A stretch of DNA of 64,000 bases from an uncultured Chloroflexota bacterium (lineage in GTDB: Bacteria > Chloroflexota > UBA11872): assembly GCA_964422795.1 (NCBI GenBank), contig CAYRCL010000010.1:8765-72764 (forward strand), in the 5' to 3' direction. Shown here piece after piece: positions 9,589 to 18,463 of the stretch. The notes under the pieces are model-generated. The model was not told the DNA's origin and searched no databases. It saw nothing but the letters and a program-made list of their open reading frames with translations. Within the stretch, counting starts at the first letter, position 1; the number at the start of each line of letters is the position of its first letter. Made by a program: the position numbers and the translations under genes.

Positions 9589-10238
9589 GCGCCGGGTGGA
9601 TCGGACTCGTTTCTGGCTTCCGCGACGGCTGCACGGATATTACGCAGTGCGTAAACGCTAGACATGAGCATTAGCCCTACGGCGATGCAGCCAGCGAAAT
9701 CCAGGGCATTCGATCCGAACCACAAGAAAGACAGCAGTGGAGGGTAGAAGCTTATCCAAGTCTTGATACTCACGCGGATCGGGCGTCGTGCTCGGTGAGC
9801 TGCGTAAAGTAAGAAATTCGAGATCGGGTAGGCGAGCGCATAGGCTATTGCGATATCAATGCGAAGAGCTCCAACAACCGCAAGTCCGACGATCACCGTG
9901 ATCTCGCGCACATGATCTGAGATCTGATCGACAAGGGCTCCTGTCTTTGAGGTGGAGTTAGTGTGTCGGGCTAGCTCACCGTCCAAAAAATCGAAAAACA
10001 CTGCGACAACGAACACTGCAAGTGCGATCCGAGGGGACGGTTTGATTAGCGCGGCAGCGGCAATTCCTAGGGGTATCTGGCTGAGGGACAGCGCATTGGG
10101 CGGGACACGAAAGTATGCGAGGACGTGGATTAGGGGTCGTGTCAGCCATGAACCGTAATTACGAACAGGTGCCAGCGCGACGAGTTCAAGCACGGAGTAT
10201 GAGGTTGGTGGGTCAGGTCTTGTAGCCGTAACCGGCAT
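9585..10238 (-). CDS. CDP-alcohol phosphatidyltransferase family protein
   Basis: 217 aa membrane protein with an exact family motif, DG-x2-AR-x8-G-x3-D-x3-D, in DFLDGELARHTNSTSKTGALVDQISD. Confidence 0.85.
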   Translation of the reverse strand: MPVTATRPDPPTSYSVLELVALAPVRNYGSWLTRPLIHVLAYFRVPPNALSLSQIPLGIAAAALIKPSPRIALAVFVVAVFFDFLDGELARHTNSTSKTGALVDQISDHVREITVIVGLAVVGALRIDIAIAYALAYPISNFLLYAAHRARRPIRVSIKTWISFYPPLLSFLWFGSNALDFAGCIAVGLMLMSSVYALRNIRAAVAEARNESDPPGA

Positions 10239-10244
10239 GGGGCT

Positions 10245-11549
10245 TTACCAGGGAATGTGCTGGACGAAGTGGGCGTTCAGATCGTCTATGGCTATGCGCT
10301 CCTGCTGCATGGTGTCACGACTGCGAATGGTAACGGCCCTATCTTCCAGCGAGTCGTAATCGACAGTTACTGAGAAAGGGGTGCCCGCCTCATCTTGGCG
10401 CGCGTAGCGTCGACCGATCGAGCCCGTTGCATCGTAGAAAACAGCCCACCGCGATCGTAGATCGTTCGCAACCTGTGTTGCTAGCTCGATGAGTGGCGGT
10501 TTATTTCGGGCCAGCGGGAAAACCGCGATCTTGATTGGTGCGAGACGGGGGTCGAGTTTCAGGAAGACGCGAGATTTCCCGTCGATCTCGATTTCTGTGT
10601 AGGCGTCAGCAAGAAACGCCAGGGCAGCCCGATCCACCCCGGACGATGGCTCGATGACGAACGGAACGACGTGCATTTTGGACGTTTCGTCGAAATACGA
10701 AAGCTCAGTACCGCTCGCGTCTCCGTGGCGGCGTAAGTCAAAGTCTGTCCGGTTTGCGATACCTTCTAGTTCTCCCCATCCGAAGGGGAATTCGTATTCG
10801 ATGTCGGTAGTGGCTTTGGCGTAGTGAGCTAATTCATTGGTGTTGTGTGGTCGTAGCCGAAGCCGCGTGGCCTCTAACCCCAGATCCTTCCACCAAGTAA
10901 AACGATGCTCGACCCAGTTTTCATAAGCTGTGTTGTCAGCGTCAGGGTGAACGAAATACTGAAGCTCCATTTGTTCGAATTCACGACTCCGGAAGGTGAA
11001 ATTGCCGGTCGTGATCTCGTTGCGGAAGGACTTGCCGATTTGTGCGACTCCAAAGGGAAGTTGCACGCGAGAACTGTCAAGGACGTTTTTGAAATTCACG
11101 TACGTTGATTGTGCTGTCTCAGGTCTTAGATAAGCGACCGACGCGGAATCCTCGACAGGGCCTACGAATGTCTTGAACATCGTGTTGAACATACGAGGCT
11201 CGGACAGCTCAGTGTCGTCGTGCTGACAGCGCATGTCTGGGACATCGTCCTGGCGGTAGCGGCGCTGACATGTAGGGCATTCAACGAGAGGGTCTTTGAA
11301 ATTCTCAACATGGCCGGATACTTTCCAGATGTCAGGGTGCATCAAGATCGAGGCGTTAAGTCCGACGACGTCACTTCGTCTTTGCACGACGTGTGCCCAC
11401 CATGCGTCCTTAATGTTTCGGATCAATTCGGTTCCTAGAGGTCCGTAATCCCACGTGCTACCGAAGCCGCCGTAGATTTCTGAACTGGGAAAAACAAACC
11501 CGCGACGCTTGGCTAGGGAGGTTAATGTTTCAAGGCTAGGGGCAGGCAT
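10245..11549 (-). CDS. glyQS: glycine--tRNA ligase (alpha2 type)
   Basis: 434 aa. RRGFVFPSSEIYGG N-terminus, class II motifs FRNEITTGNFTFRSREFEQMELQYF and GVDRAALAFL. Confidence 0.93.
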   Translation of the reverse strand: MPAPSLETLTSLAKRRGFVFPSSEIYGGFGSTWDYGPLGTELIRNIKDAWWAHVVQRRSDVVGLNASILMHPDIWKVSGHVENFKDPLVECPTCQRRYRQDDVPDMRCQHDDTELSEPRMFNTMFKTFVGPVEDSASVAYLRPETAQSTYVNFKNVLDSSRVQLPFGVAQIGKSFRNEITTGNFTFRSREFEQMELQYFVHPDADNTAYENWVEHRFTWWKDLGLEATRLRLRPHNTNELAHYAKATTDIEYEFPFGWGELEGIANRTDFDLRRHGDASGTELSYFDETSKMHVVPFVIEPSSGVDRAALAFLADAYTEIEIDGKSRVFLKLDPRLAPIKIAVFPLARNKPPLIELATQVANDLRSRWAVFYDATGSIGRRYARQDEAGTPFSVTVDYDSLEDRAVTIRSRDTMQQERIAIDDLNAHFVQHIPW

Positions 11550-11591
11550 GTGGTTCCTCTTGGTGCGCTGGTATCAATCTTGTGCTCCGTA

Positions 11592-12389
11592 TCAGGTGAA
11601 GGTCTGGCCGACAGCACCGCTGTTGGTGCGGCTGGCGAGTTCCAAAATTTGTGCCGAGGAGATCTCGCGTTCAATCACTGCGTTAGCGTATCCACGAAGC
11701 GTCGCGTGAAGTTCTAAGCGGGTTTGCTGATTGGTTCGTAGACGAGCCGCACCGGCCAGTCCTTCACGTGCAATGAAGCGCAACGTCTTGAGGGTATCAA
11801 CCTCTAGGGCTTGGGTGGCATGATTCTGCCCGCATGTGATGCATACAACTCCGCCGTTATAGGGTGCAAATGCGTGATTGCCTTGCTCAATATGGCAGGT
11901 GCACACCGTACATACTGCGAGTTCAGGCGTGTATCCGTGCAGATCGAGGAGGTTAAGAGCTAAAGCTGTGATTAAGGGTTCGGGATCGTTGTTGGAGCTA
12001 TTGAGCAAGCGTAGAAAAGCCACTAGCGCCGTATAGGCATCAGGCATGGATTCACTGTCTACACTTAGACCATCGAGAAGCTCGATCGACCATCCGGCGG
12101 CTGCGAAAGCTGCTAGATCGCGTCGTAATCGAGGGTACGTTTCGATCGTTTTGGCTTGGGTCAGAACGTCCAGATTGGAACCGGCGACGCCTACGAGGCT
12201 TGTACGGGTAAAGAGTTCGATATGTGGTGCAAACTGGCTGGCCGGACGACGTGAACCGCGAGCAACTAGTCGCCGACGTCCAAACTGTTGTGTGAATACG
12301 GTGATAACGCGATCGGCGTCTCCAAGGTCGCGACGACTCAGGATTACGCCCTCGGCCTTATAGGTGCTTGAGCGATGAACAGAGGTCAT
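11592..12389 (-). CDS. recO: DNA repair protein RecO
   Basis: 265 aa. OB-fold N-terminus AEGVILSRRDLGDADRVITVFT and Cys-rich motif CTVCTC...CITCG. Its ATG overlaps the stop of the upstream CorC gene by 4 nt. Confidence 0.9.
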   Translation of the reverse strand: MTSVHRSSTYKAEGVILSRRDLGDADRVITVFTQQFGRRRLVARGSRRPASQFAPHIELFTRTSLVGVAGSNLDVLTQAKTIETYPRLRRDLAAFAAAGWSIELLDGLSVDSESMPDAYTALVAFLRLLNSSNNDPEPLITALALNLLDLHGYTPELAVCTVCTCHIEQGNHAFAPYNGGVVCITCGQNHATQALEVDTLKTLRFIAREGLAGAARLRTNQQTRLELHATLRGYANAVIEREISSAQILELASRTNSGAVGQTFT

Positions 12390-13741
12390 GGCGAAGCTTG
12401 GTTTGCTTTCTCGGTTGGCTCAGTTGCATTTGTGGTTGAGGTGTTCGTGGATCGGATCACATCGATGGTTTCAACACGTGGTCCACTCATTCGTCGGACA
12501 CGGAAAAGCCAGCCTTGGTGTTCGATGGAAGCTCCTGGTTTAGGCACAGATCCCAGTCGGTGCATTACGAATCCACCGACGGTTGTATAGTCCCCGTCGT
12601 CTATTTCGCATCCGGTCGCGTCAGTTAGCCGATCAAGACGTAGCAGGCCGGAAGCAACAAAGCGGTTGTCTCCCAATCGATGCAATTCGTCGATTGGGGT
12701 GTCGTGTGCGTCGCGAATTTCGCCCACCACTTCCTCAACCAAATCTTCCAACGTGACGATGCCGGCCGGGGATCCGTGTTCATCTACTACAAGTGCCATG
12801 TGTGCTCGTGCGCGGCGCATGGTGAGTAGAAGTTCTCCGACAAGAGCTGTTAGGGGTGCAACGTGGAGTGGGCGAATCGCGGTTACAGGAAGAGGTCGAT
12901 CTGAATTTTCTTGATCAAGCGCGAGCAAGTCTTTGACGTGGACGAATCCAATGATTGTGTCAGGTGCTGTGCCTTGCACAGGGAACCGTGAATAACCTGT
13001 ATCGACAGCTGCCCGCTCGATTTCGCGTACGGTCATCCCAGATAGTACTGAGTGAATTGCTGAACGTGGAACCATCACGTCTTCGACAGATCGGGTGGCA
13101 AATCGTAATGCGCGGTCGGCGAGTTTTTGCTGGGGTTCGCTGATAGCGCCCAGTCGTCGTAGCTCACCGAGCATCGATCCAATTTGGTCATGGGTATAGG
13201 CGTGTGTCAGTTCCTCGCGGGGTGAAATTCCGATGGCACGGATGACCAGATTAGCGGTGGCGTTGAGAGCCCAGAGGACGCTCCGCATGGAATTAGCGTA
13301 GAAGCGGAATGGTATTGCGACCCATAGGAGGGTGCGTACAGGATCTACGATGGCGATGTTCTTCGGTGCCATCTCACCCAAGACCATGTGAAATAGAATT
13401 ACAAGGAGTAAGGCGATTGCCCCGGATATCACGTGTAGGAGTCCACCTTCAATTCCTACACGATCGGCAAAAGCGGCTTCTAGAGTCTCGGCAATGGCTG
13501 GTTCTGCGACGAAACCCAAGCCGAGCGATGCCATCGTGATCCCTAATTGAGCACCGGTGAGCATGAACGAGAGTTCGCGCATCGAGGCAGCGGCCAATTT
13601 TGCTGATCGTCGTCCTTCGGCGGCTTGTCGTTCAACTTCAGCTCTCCTCCCAGCAGCCGCAGTTATAGCTACTTCAGCGCCAACGAAGAAGCCGTTAGCA
13701 AGTAAGAGAAGGATTGCGACTAGAAGCAAAACCCCAGTCAT
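12386..13741 (-). CDS. CNNM/DUF21 + CBS pair + CorC_HlyC family protein (hemolysin/CorC-like transporter), paralog 1
   Basis: 451 aa. N-terminal TM helix LLLANGFFVGAEVA, LTGAQLGIT, CBS region and a C-terminal CorC_HlyC-like domain. ATGA overlap with paralog 2. Confidence 0.88.
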   Translation of the reverse strand: MTGVLLLVAILLLLANGFFVGAEVAITAAAGRRAEVERQAAEGRRSAKLAAASMRELSFMLTGAQLGITMASLGLGFVAEPAIAETLEAAFADRVGIEGGLLHVISGAIALLLVILFHMVLGEMAPKNIAIVDPVRTLLWVAIPFRFYANSMRSVLWALNATANLVIRAIGISPREELTHAYTHDQIGSMLGELRRLGAISEPQQKLADRALRFATRSVEDVMVPRSAIHSVLSGMTVREIERAAVDTGYSRFPVQGTAPDTIIGFVHVKDLLALDQENSDRPLPVTAIRPLHVAPLTALVGELLLTMRRARAHMALVVDEHGSPAGIVTLEDLVEEVVGEIRDAHDTPIDELHRLGDNRFVASGLLRLDRLTDATGCEIDDGDYTTVGGFVMHRLGSVPKPGASIEHQGWLFRVRRMSGPRVETIDVIRSTNTSTTNATEPTEKANQASP

Positions 13742-15057
13742 CAGGTTTTTGCCTGTCTTGTGGTTGGGGCGTCTACGCGTACGCGAGTAATGCGGTTTTT
13801 ATCCATCGTTAAGACGGTGAGAGTCCAACCACGAAACACCACGCTTTCTCCATTATTCGGAATCCGTTGAAACAGTGTGAATAACAGTCCGGCAAGCGTT
13901 TCAAAACGTCCATGAGGCATGGGGAATCCGGTTGCTGTTTGCAGTTCATCACGTCGGATTTGGCCGGCTGCTTCGTATGCGCCGTGGCCTAAAGGCTTAA
14001 CTTGTATAGCGAGAGGTCTATCGTGTTCATCCTCGATGTGGCCTAACAATTCTTCGATGATGTCCTCTAATGTGACGATTCCGGCTGCGTGTCCAAATTC
14101 GTCGTCAACGACCGCGAGAGCATGTTGGGAGCCTTGCATCTCGAGTAGAAGCGAACGTAAGTCGCGAGCGGCGGGGACCACGAGCGCTTGCTGTACTCTT
14201 GCAGAAATCGGCGTGGCTGCGCGGGCTTCGAATGGCATTGCAAGTACGTCTTTGGCATGGGCTATGCCGACATACTCGGTCGTCTCTCCGCCGACCACCG
14301 GAAATCGGGAGAAGCCTGTCTTGTTCGATAGATGAGCGAGTTCGGCTAGGCTGTTGGTTGCCTCGATTGCAATGACTTGCGATCGAGGAAGCATGATGTC
14401 TCGTACTGTCTTTTCTTCGAGGCCAAGGGCTCGGTCAAGGACCTCATATTCGATGCCTTCCAATCCGCCCTCACGAGTTGCCCACCGGATCGCATCACGC
14501 AATTCCGCAACAGACCGGAAGCCTTCGATGTTTTCTCGTGGTTCGATTCCAGCTATTCGCATACAGCTATTTGCAACGGCATTCAGCATTCTGATCACTG
14601 GTCCGACTGCTGTGTTTACAAAGACCATGATCGGTACGAAGAAACAAGCTGTGGCTAGAGGGCGAGCGATCGCCAGGTTTTTCGGAGCCAATTCACCAAA
14701 GACCATTTGGATTAGTGTCGCGAGCGCAAGCGCCAATACGGCGGTAGCTGCTGCAAGTCCACCATTCTCAATTCCAGGAATCCACTGCAGAGCCGGTCGC
14801 AGCAGTGGGCCTATCGCGTTGTCCACCACGAAACCAAGAGCTAACGAACTTACGGTGATGCCGAGTTGGGCTCCGGAAAGCTGGAAGGACAGGTTCTCCA
14901 GCGCTCGTTGCACGGTTCGGGCACGCCGCGTTCCACGAGCTGATTCAGCGTCAACTGCGTAACGGTCAACTGCAATAAGTGCGAATTGGGCCCCGGCGAA
15001 GAGGCCATTGATCGCTATGAGTCCAAAGAAAATCAGGAGCCCAATCAGAATGTCGAT
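13741..15057 (-). CDS. CNNM/DUF21 + CBS + CorC_HlyC family protein, paralog 2 (start proposed at non-canonical ATC)
   Basis: The track starts at GTG 14913. The 49 codons upstream, back to the in-frame TAA at 15061-15063, encode the conserved first DUF21 helix (IDILIGLLIFFGLIAINGLFAGAQFALIAVDR) and contain no ATG/GTG/TTG. GGAG lies 8 nt before ATC 15055-15057. The stop end is firm; the exact start codon is inference. Confidence 0.8.
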   Translation of the reverse strand: MDILIGLLIFFGLIAINGLFAGAQFALIAVDRYAVDAESARGTRRARTVQRALENLSFQLSGAQLGITVSSLALGFVVDNAIGPLLRPALQWIPGIENGGLAAATAVLALALATLIQMVFGELAPKNLAIARPLATACFFVPIMVFVNTAVGPVIRMLNAVANSCMRIAGIEPRENIEGFRSVAELRDAIRWATREGGLEGIEYEVLDRALGLEEKTVRDIMLPRSQVIAIEATNSLAELAHLSNKTGFSRFPVVGGETTEYVGIAHAKDVLAMPFEARAATPISARVQQALVVPAARDLRSLLLEMQGSQHALAVVDDEFGHAAGIVTLEDIIEELLGHIEDEHDRPLAIQVKPLGHGAYEAAGQIRRDELQTATGFPMPHGRFETLAGLLFTLFQRIPNNGESVVFRGWTLTVLTMDKNRITRVRVDAPTTRQAKT

Positions 15058-15272
15058 GAATTAAGCTCCGAGTCTCGGCTAGAGGGTTCTAGTTGCCGGC
15101 TATAACGAGAATGCTGATTCATTTCGGGGCATTGACGGCGGTCAGTGCTCGTAGACCTCCGAATGAGCAGCAAGCCTGAAACGGTGCTTCTGACTGATGG
15201 AGGGTGCGACGAGGGGTGGATTGATCGCGTTGCCACCAGGCCATTGGCGGGAGCTCTCTGTCTGGAATTAGG

Positions 15273-16550
15273 TTAGGCGTCATTGTGGTCGGCCGCGGTT
15301 ACGCGGTTGACCATCAGCCGAGTGATCCGATTTTCGTTGATGGCATGTACGCGGAGGATGGCCCCGTCCACGTTTACGGATTCACCGATTGTGGGCACTC
15401 GGCCAAATGCGCTAAAGGCTAATCCGCCTACGGTGTCAACATCAGAGGTCTGTAAGTTAAGGCCGAGCTCTTCATTTAAGTCGGTGATCGGAAGGCTGGC
15501 ATCGACGACCACGCATCCTGGGCTTACGGACTCAATCGGGGTGTCAGGCACATCGTATTCGTCCTCGATTTCTCCTACGATCTCTTCAAGTAAATCCTCG
15601 ATCGTTACGAGGCCAGCGGTTTCTCCGTATTCATTCACCACGATTGCCATATGTATTTTTGCAGCTTGCATCTCGCGGAAGAGGTGATCGGCGTGTTTGG
15701 AGTCCGGTACGAATAGTGGTTCCCGTACCAGTGACCGTAAGTTCTCGGGTTGGTTTGGTTCTAAGAGTTCGGCTAGACCATCACGGACATGGATGATGCC
15801 AATTACATGGTCAAGGTCGGAATCGAAAACTGGGAGTCGAGAGACGCCGCGTTCGTGTGCGATATGGAGGGCATCTCGTAGTGGAGTGCTATCTGCCACG
15901 GCTACGATGTCGGGCCGAGGTGTCATGACTTGACGTACCACCCGATCACCAAGCGCAATGACATTAGTAATCATCTCGACGTCTTGTTCGTCGATTGTTC
16001 CGTCTCGTGCACCTTCTTCCACTGCCTCGATAACTGCTTCATCCTCTGGGTCTGGTCCCCGCCAAGCTTCTTTCTCGGCAGGCGACAACATGCGTTCCAA
16101 TAGCCGGGTGGCTGGTACAAACAACAAGTATTGTCCGAAGAGCAAGAGCGAAAACCGACCTGCAATCTGCTCGGGGTAGCGTTGCGCAAGGATCCGTGGT
16201 GCTATTAGGGCGAAAACCGCATGGATGACGGCCAGAATGGCGATTGAGAGAACGACGCCGCCGGCACGTGAGGCAACTATACCCTCGAGCTCATCACCTA
16301 TGGTTGTGGCCGCTAGAGCAGCGGATCCAAATGCGAGCAGAGTGGTTCCGAGCCGAGCGCTGACCCAGAATCGGAACCGATTATCGAGCAGTATCCGTAT
16401 CCGAACAGCGGTAGCACTGGTTGTAACGTCTAGACGAGCGAGCGCGGTTCGGGTGAGCTCATGCGCCGCGCTTTCTGACATTACCAGCAGCGCGCTGAAC
16501 GTCGTCAGCCCAAAAATCAGACTAAGGCCTATCCAACTAACCGGATCCAA
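15273..16550 (-). CDS. CNNM/DUF21 + CBS + CorC_HlyC family protein, paralog 3
   Basis: 425 aa with the same domain order. TTG start preceded by GGGGAG 10 nt upstream. Confidence 0.85.
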   Translation of the reverse strand: MDPVSWIGLSLIFGLTTFSALLVMSESAAHELTRTALARLDVTTSATAVRIRILLDNRFRFWVSARLGTTLLAFGSAALAATTIGDELEGIVASRAGGVVLSIAILAVIHAVFALIAPRILAQRYPEQIAGRFSLLLFGQYLLFVPATRLLERMLSPAEKEAWRGPDPEDEAVIEAVEEGARDGTIDEQDVEMITNVIALGDRVVRQVMTPRPDIVAVADSTPLRDALHIAHERGVSRLPVFDSDLDHVIGIIHVRDGLAELLEPNQPENLRSLVREPLFVPDSKHADHLFREMQAAKIHMAIVVNEYGETAGLVTIEDLLEEIVGEIEDEYDVPDTPIESVSPGCVVVDASLPITDLNEELGLNLQTSDVDTVGGLAFSAFGRVPTIGESVNVDGAILRVHAINENRITRLMVNRVTAADHNDA

Positions 16551-16664
16551 GCAGGATCCGCTCCCCTATGCGCGGCATCAGCGGGTGCTCGCGCCCAGAT
16601 GCAGTACTACCGCCGGCGGGCGATCTTGCATCGCGGATACTCAACCAGTGCACTGATCGAGTCT

Positions 16665-16699
16665 TCTACATGATATATAACGGGATGTGCTCCTGCGTT
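16665..16699. repeat. two overlapping perfect inverted repeats (mutually exclusive hairpins)
   Basis: ATATAACG (16665-16672) pairs with CGTTATAT (16686-16693), loop 13 nt. GCGTTA (16685-16690) pairs with TAACGC (16694-16699), loop TAT. Located between the nucleotidyltransferase stop and CorC paralog 3. Confidence 0.6.
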
Positions 16700-16718
16700 A
16701 TATTAACGCGTGGATGAC

Positions 16719-17477
16719 CTATAGAGAACATCGTTCTTCACGCCGTTGCAGCGCAGTGTTGGCGAGTGCGAGTCGTTCTGGCGTGTCACACCCGATCGTT
16801 TCCTCCAAATCTTTGATTTGGTGACCGGCGACACGCTTCCCATCTGCGATTGCGAGTTCAACGAGTTTGGTGAGGTAGCGTTCGCCAGACAATTCACTTG
16901 GTTTTACCCTGGAGAGGTTCTCGCGAAGCCAGGAGGCCTGAAAGGCTGATGGTCCGGCGTTGACGGACGTGAGTGCAAGATCGGTAGGTGTGGCATCCGG
17001 GAATTCGATGATGTTCTTTATGTGGCCCGAACTGCCGATGCGCAATCGACCAAAGGATCCAGGTTCTGGAACGTCGGCCCAAGCAATTGCTGCTACGGCA
17101 TCTGTGTGGTTTAGGGCATTGATGACGCCTCGCACTGTAGCGGGGCGGACTAGGGGTGAGTCACCATATAAGACCGTAATGGTTGGGATGGAAGATGAGA
17201 TTGCGTCAAGTCCGACCTCAGCAGCATAGGCTGTGCCGTGGTCGTCTGGTGGTTGGTACACCGGGATCGTGTTTGGGGCTGAATCGCCAACCTTCATCCC
17301 GGGTCGAAGAACGACGATCAATGGATCTAGCTCCGCCTGCTGGCCAGTCTTGACGACGTGGGAAAGCATGGTCTGGTCTCCGACGAGGTGCATGACCTTC
17401 GGGAGATCCGACGCGAATCGTTTTCCGTGGCCAGCCGCCAGCACAATGCCGGCCGTCTTGTCGGCTAACGTGTTCAA
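16719..17477 (-). CDS. sugar-phosphate nucleotidyltransferase (GlmU N-terminal-domain-like, no acetyltransferase domain)
   Basis: 252 aa. GIVLAAGHGKRF nucleotide-binding motif near the N-terminus and no C-terminal hexapeptide-repeat region. The TTG start abuts the 3' end of tRNA-Gln. Confidence 0.7.
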   Translation of the reverse strand: MNTLADKTAGIVLAAGHGKRFASDLPKVMHLVGDQTMLSHVVKTGQQAELDPLIVVLRPGMKVGDSAPNTIPVYQPPDDHGTAYAAEVGLDAISSSIPTITVLYGDSPLVRPATVRGVINALNHTDAVAAIAWADVPEPGSFGRLRIGSSGHIKNIIEFPDATPTDLALTSVNAGPSAFQASWLRENLSRVKPSELSGERYLTKLVELAIADGKRVAGHQIKDLEETIGCDTPERLALANTALQRREERCSL

Positions 17478-17552
17478 TGGCTGGGGAGGAAGGATTCGAA
17501 CCTTCGAATCACGGATCCAAAACCCGTTGCCTTACCACTTGGCCACTCCCCA
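17478..17552 (-). tRNA. tRNA-Gln (anticodon UUG)
   Basis: Folded by hand from TGGGGAGTGGCCAAGTGGTAAGGCAACGGGTTTTGGATCCGTGATTCGAAGGTTCGAATCCTTCCTCCCCAGCCA. 7-bp acceptor stem (TGGGGAG/CTCCCCA, U1-A72 as in bacterial tRNA-Gln), D arm GCC/GGC, anticodon stem ACGGG/TCCGT with loop TTTTGGA (anticodon TTG), T arm GAAGG-TTCGAAT-CCTTC, discriminator G, encoded CCA. Confidence 0.93.
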
Positions 17553-17607
17553 TTGCGCGTCAGCCTAGGCACGTAGGCACCCGTGGTCAACGGTGACTTA
17601 CGGTGAT

Positions 17608-18450
17608 TCATTCCGGACGCAGAAAACGCGTGGTCATAATCCACCAATTATGCGACTTGAGCTTAGCTTCCGCGGTTTGAGCAGTGTCTTTGTCGGGGAA
17701 TAAGCCGAAGCAGGTTGCACCGCTCCCTGATAACAGTGCTGGTTGTGCCCCGACGTCCTCCAGGGCATGCAGTACGTCTGCCACCTCTGGTACGAGTCGA
17801 ATAGCTGCTGCCTGCAGATCGTTTTTAAGGAGTGCTGGTTCAAGTTTTCCATTTTCGATGTTTCTTGCGGTAGCGAATGTTGCATCACCCCCTGAATATT
17901 CTTCTGGGCGGAGATCCGTATAAGCGTCGATGGTGGAAATCTTCTGTTGAGGCCGAGCCAGAATTACCCACTGAGGTGGAGCTGGCGGCAGGGTTTGAAG
18001 TTCATCACCACGACCCAGCCCAAGCGCGGTTCCAGGTTGAAGAAAGAATGGAACGTCGGTGCCGAGTGATTTGGCAGTCTTGGCTATCGTCGACCAATTT
18101 GCATTCCATAGAACATGAAGTCCACGGAGGACCGCACCGGCATCTGAGCTTCCCCCACCCATGCCTGAGGCGACGGGGATTTGTTTCTTAACTTGGATAT
18201 AGACGCCAGTTTTTGGGCGAACGCGGCAATGGAGATTATGGGCGGCACGAAAGGCCAGATCATGATCTTGGCTTAACCCGGGTACAGAACTTATGCCATC
18301 GATGGATGTTGCTTTTGATATGTGCACGGTGTCGCCGAACTCGAGCGCTTGCAGGATAGTCACAACGTCGTGGTAGCCGTCAGTGCGACGTCGTGTGATC
18401 TCAAGGCCAAGGTTGATCTTTGCTGGAGCTCGGATCGCTAGTCTTGTCAC
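17608..18450 (-). CDS. ispE: 4-diphosphocytidyl-2-C-methyl-D-erythritol kinase
   Basis: 280 aa. APAKINLGLEITRRRTDGYHDV N-terminus and GHMP kinase motif PVASGMGGGSSDAGA. Confidence 0.92.
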   Translation of the reverse strand: MTRLAIRAPAKINLGLEITRRRTDGYHDVVTILQALEFGDTVHISKATSIDGISSVPGLSQDHDLAFRAAHNLHCRVRPKTGVYIQVKKQIPVASGMGGGSSDAGAVLRGLHVLWNANWSTIAKTAKSLGTDVPFFLQPGTALGLGRGDELQTLPPAPPQWVILARPQQKISTIDAYTDLRPEEYSGGDATFATARNIENGKLEPALLKNDLQAAAIRLVPEVADVLHALEDVGAQPALLSGSGATCFGLFPDKDTAQTAEAKLKSHNWWIMTTRFLRPE

Positions 18451-18463
18451 AGATCGGTCCGTG

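Noticed and set aside
15064-15272. Mg2+ (M-box) or other metal riboswitch upstream of the CorC paralogs (also 16551-16718)
   Set aside because: I could not match the conserved M-box segments I remember (GGTGAGGCTCC, GGGTCAACAG, CAGTGCTAAAGCTCTACG-type) or yybP-ykoY features on either strand. Needs a covariance-model scan to be definitive.
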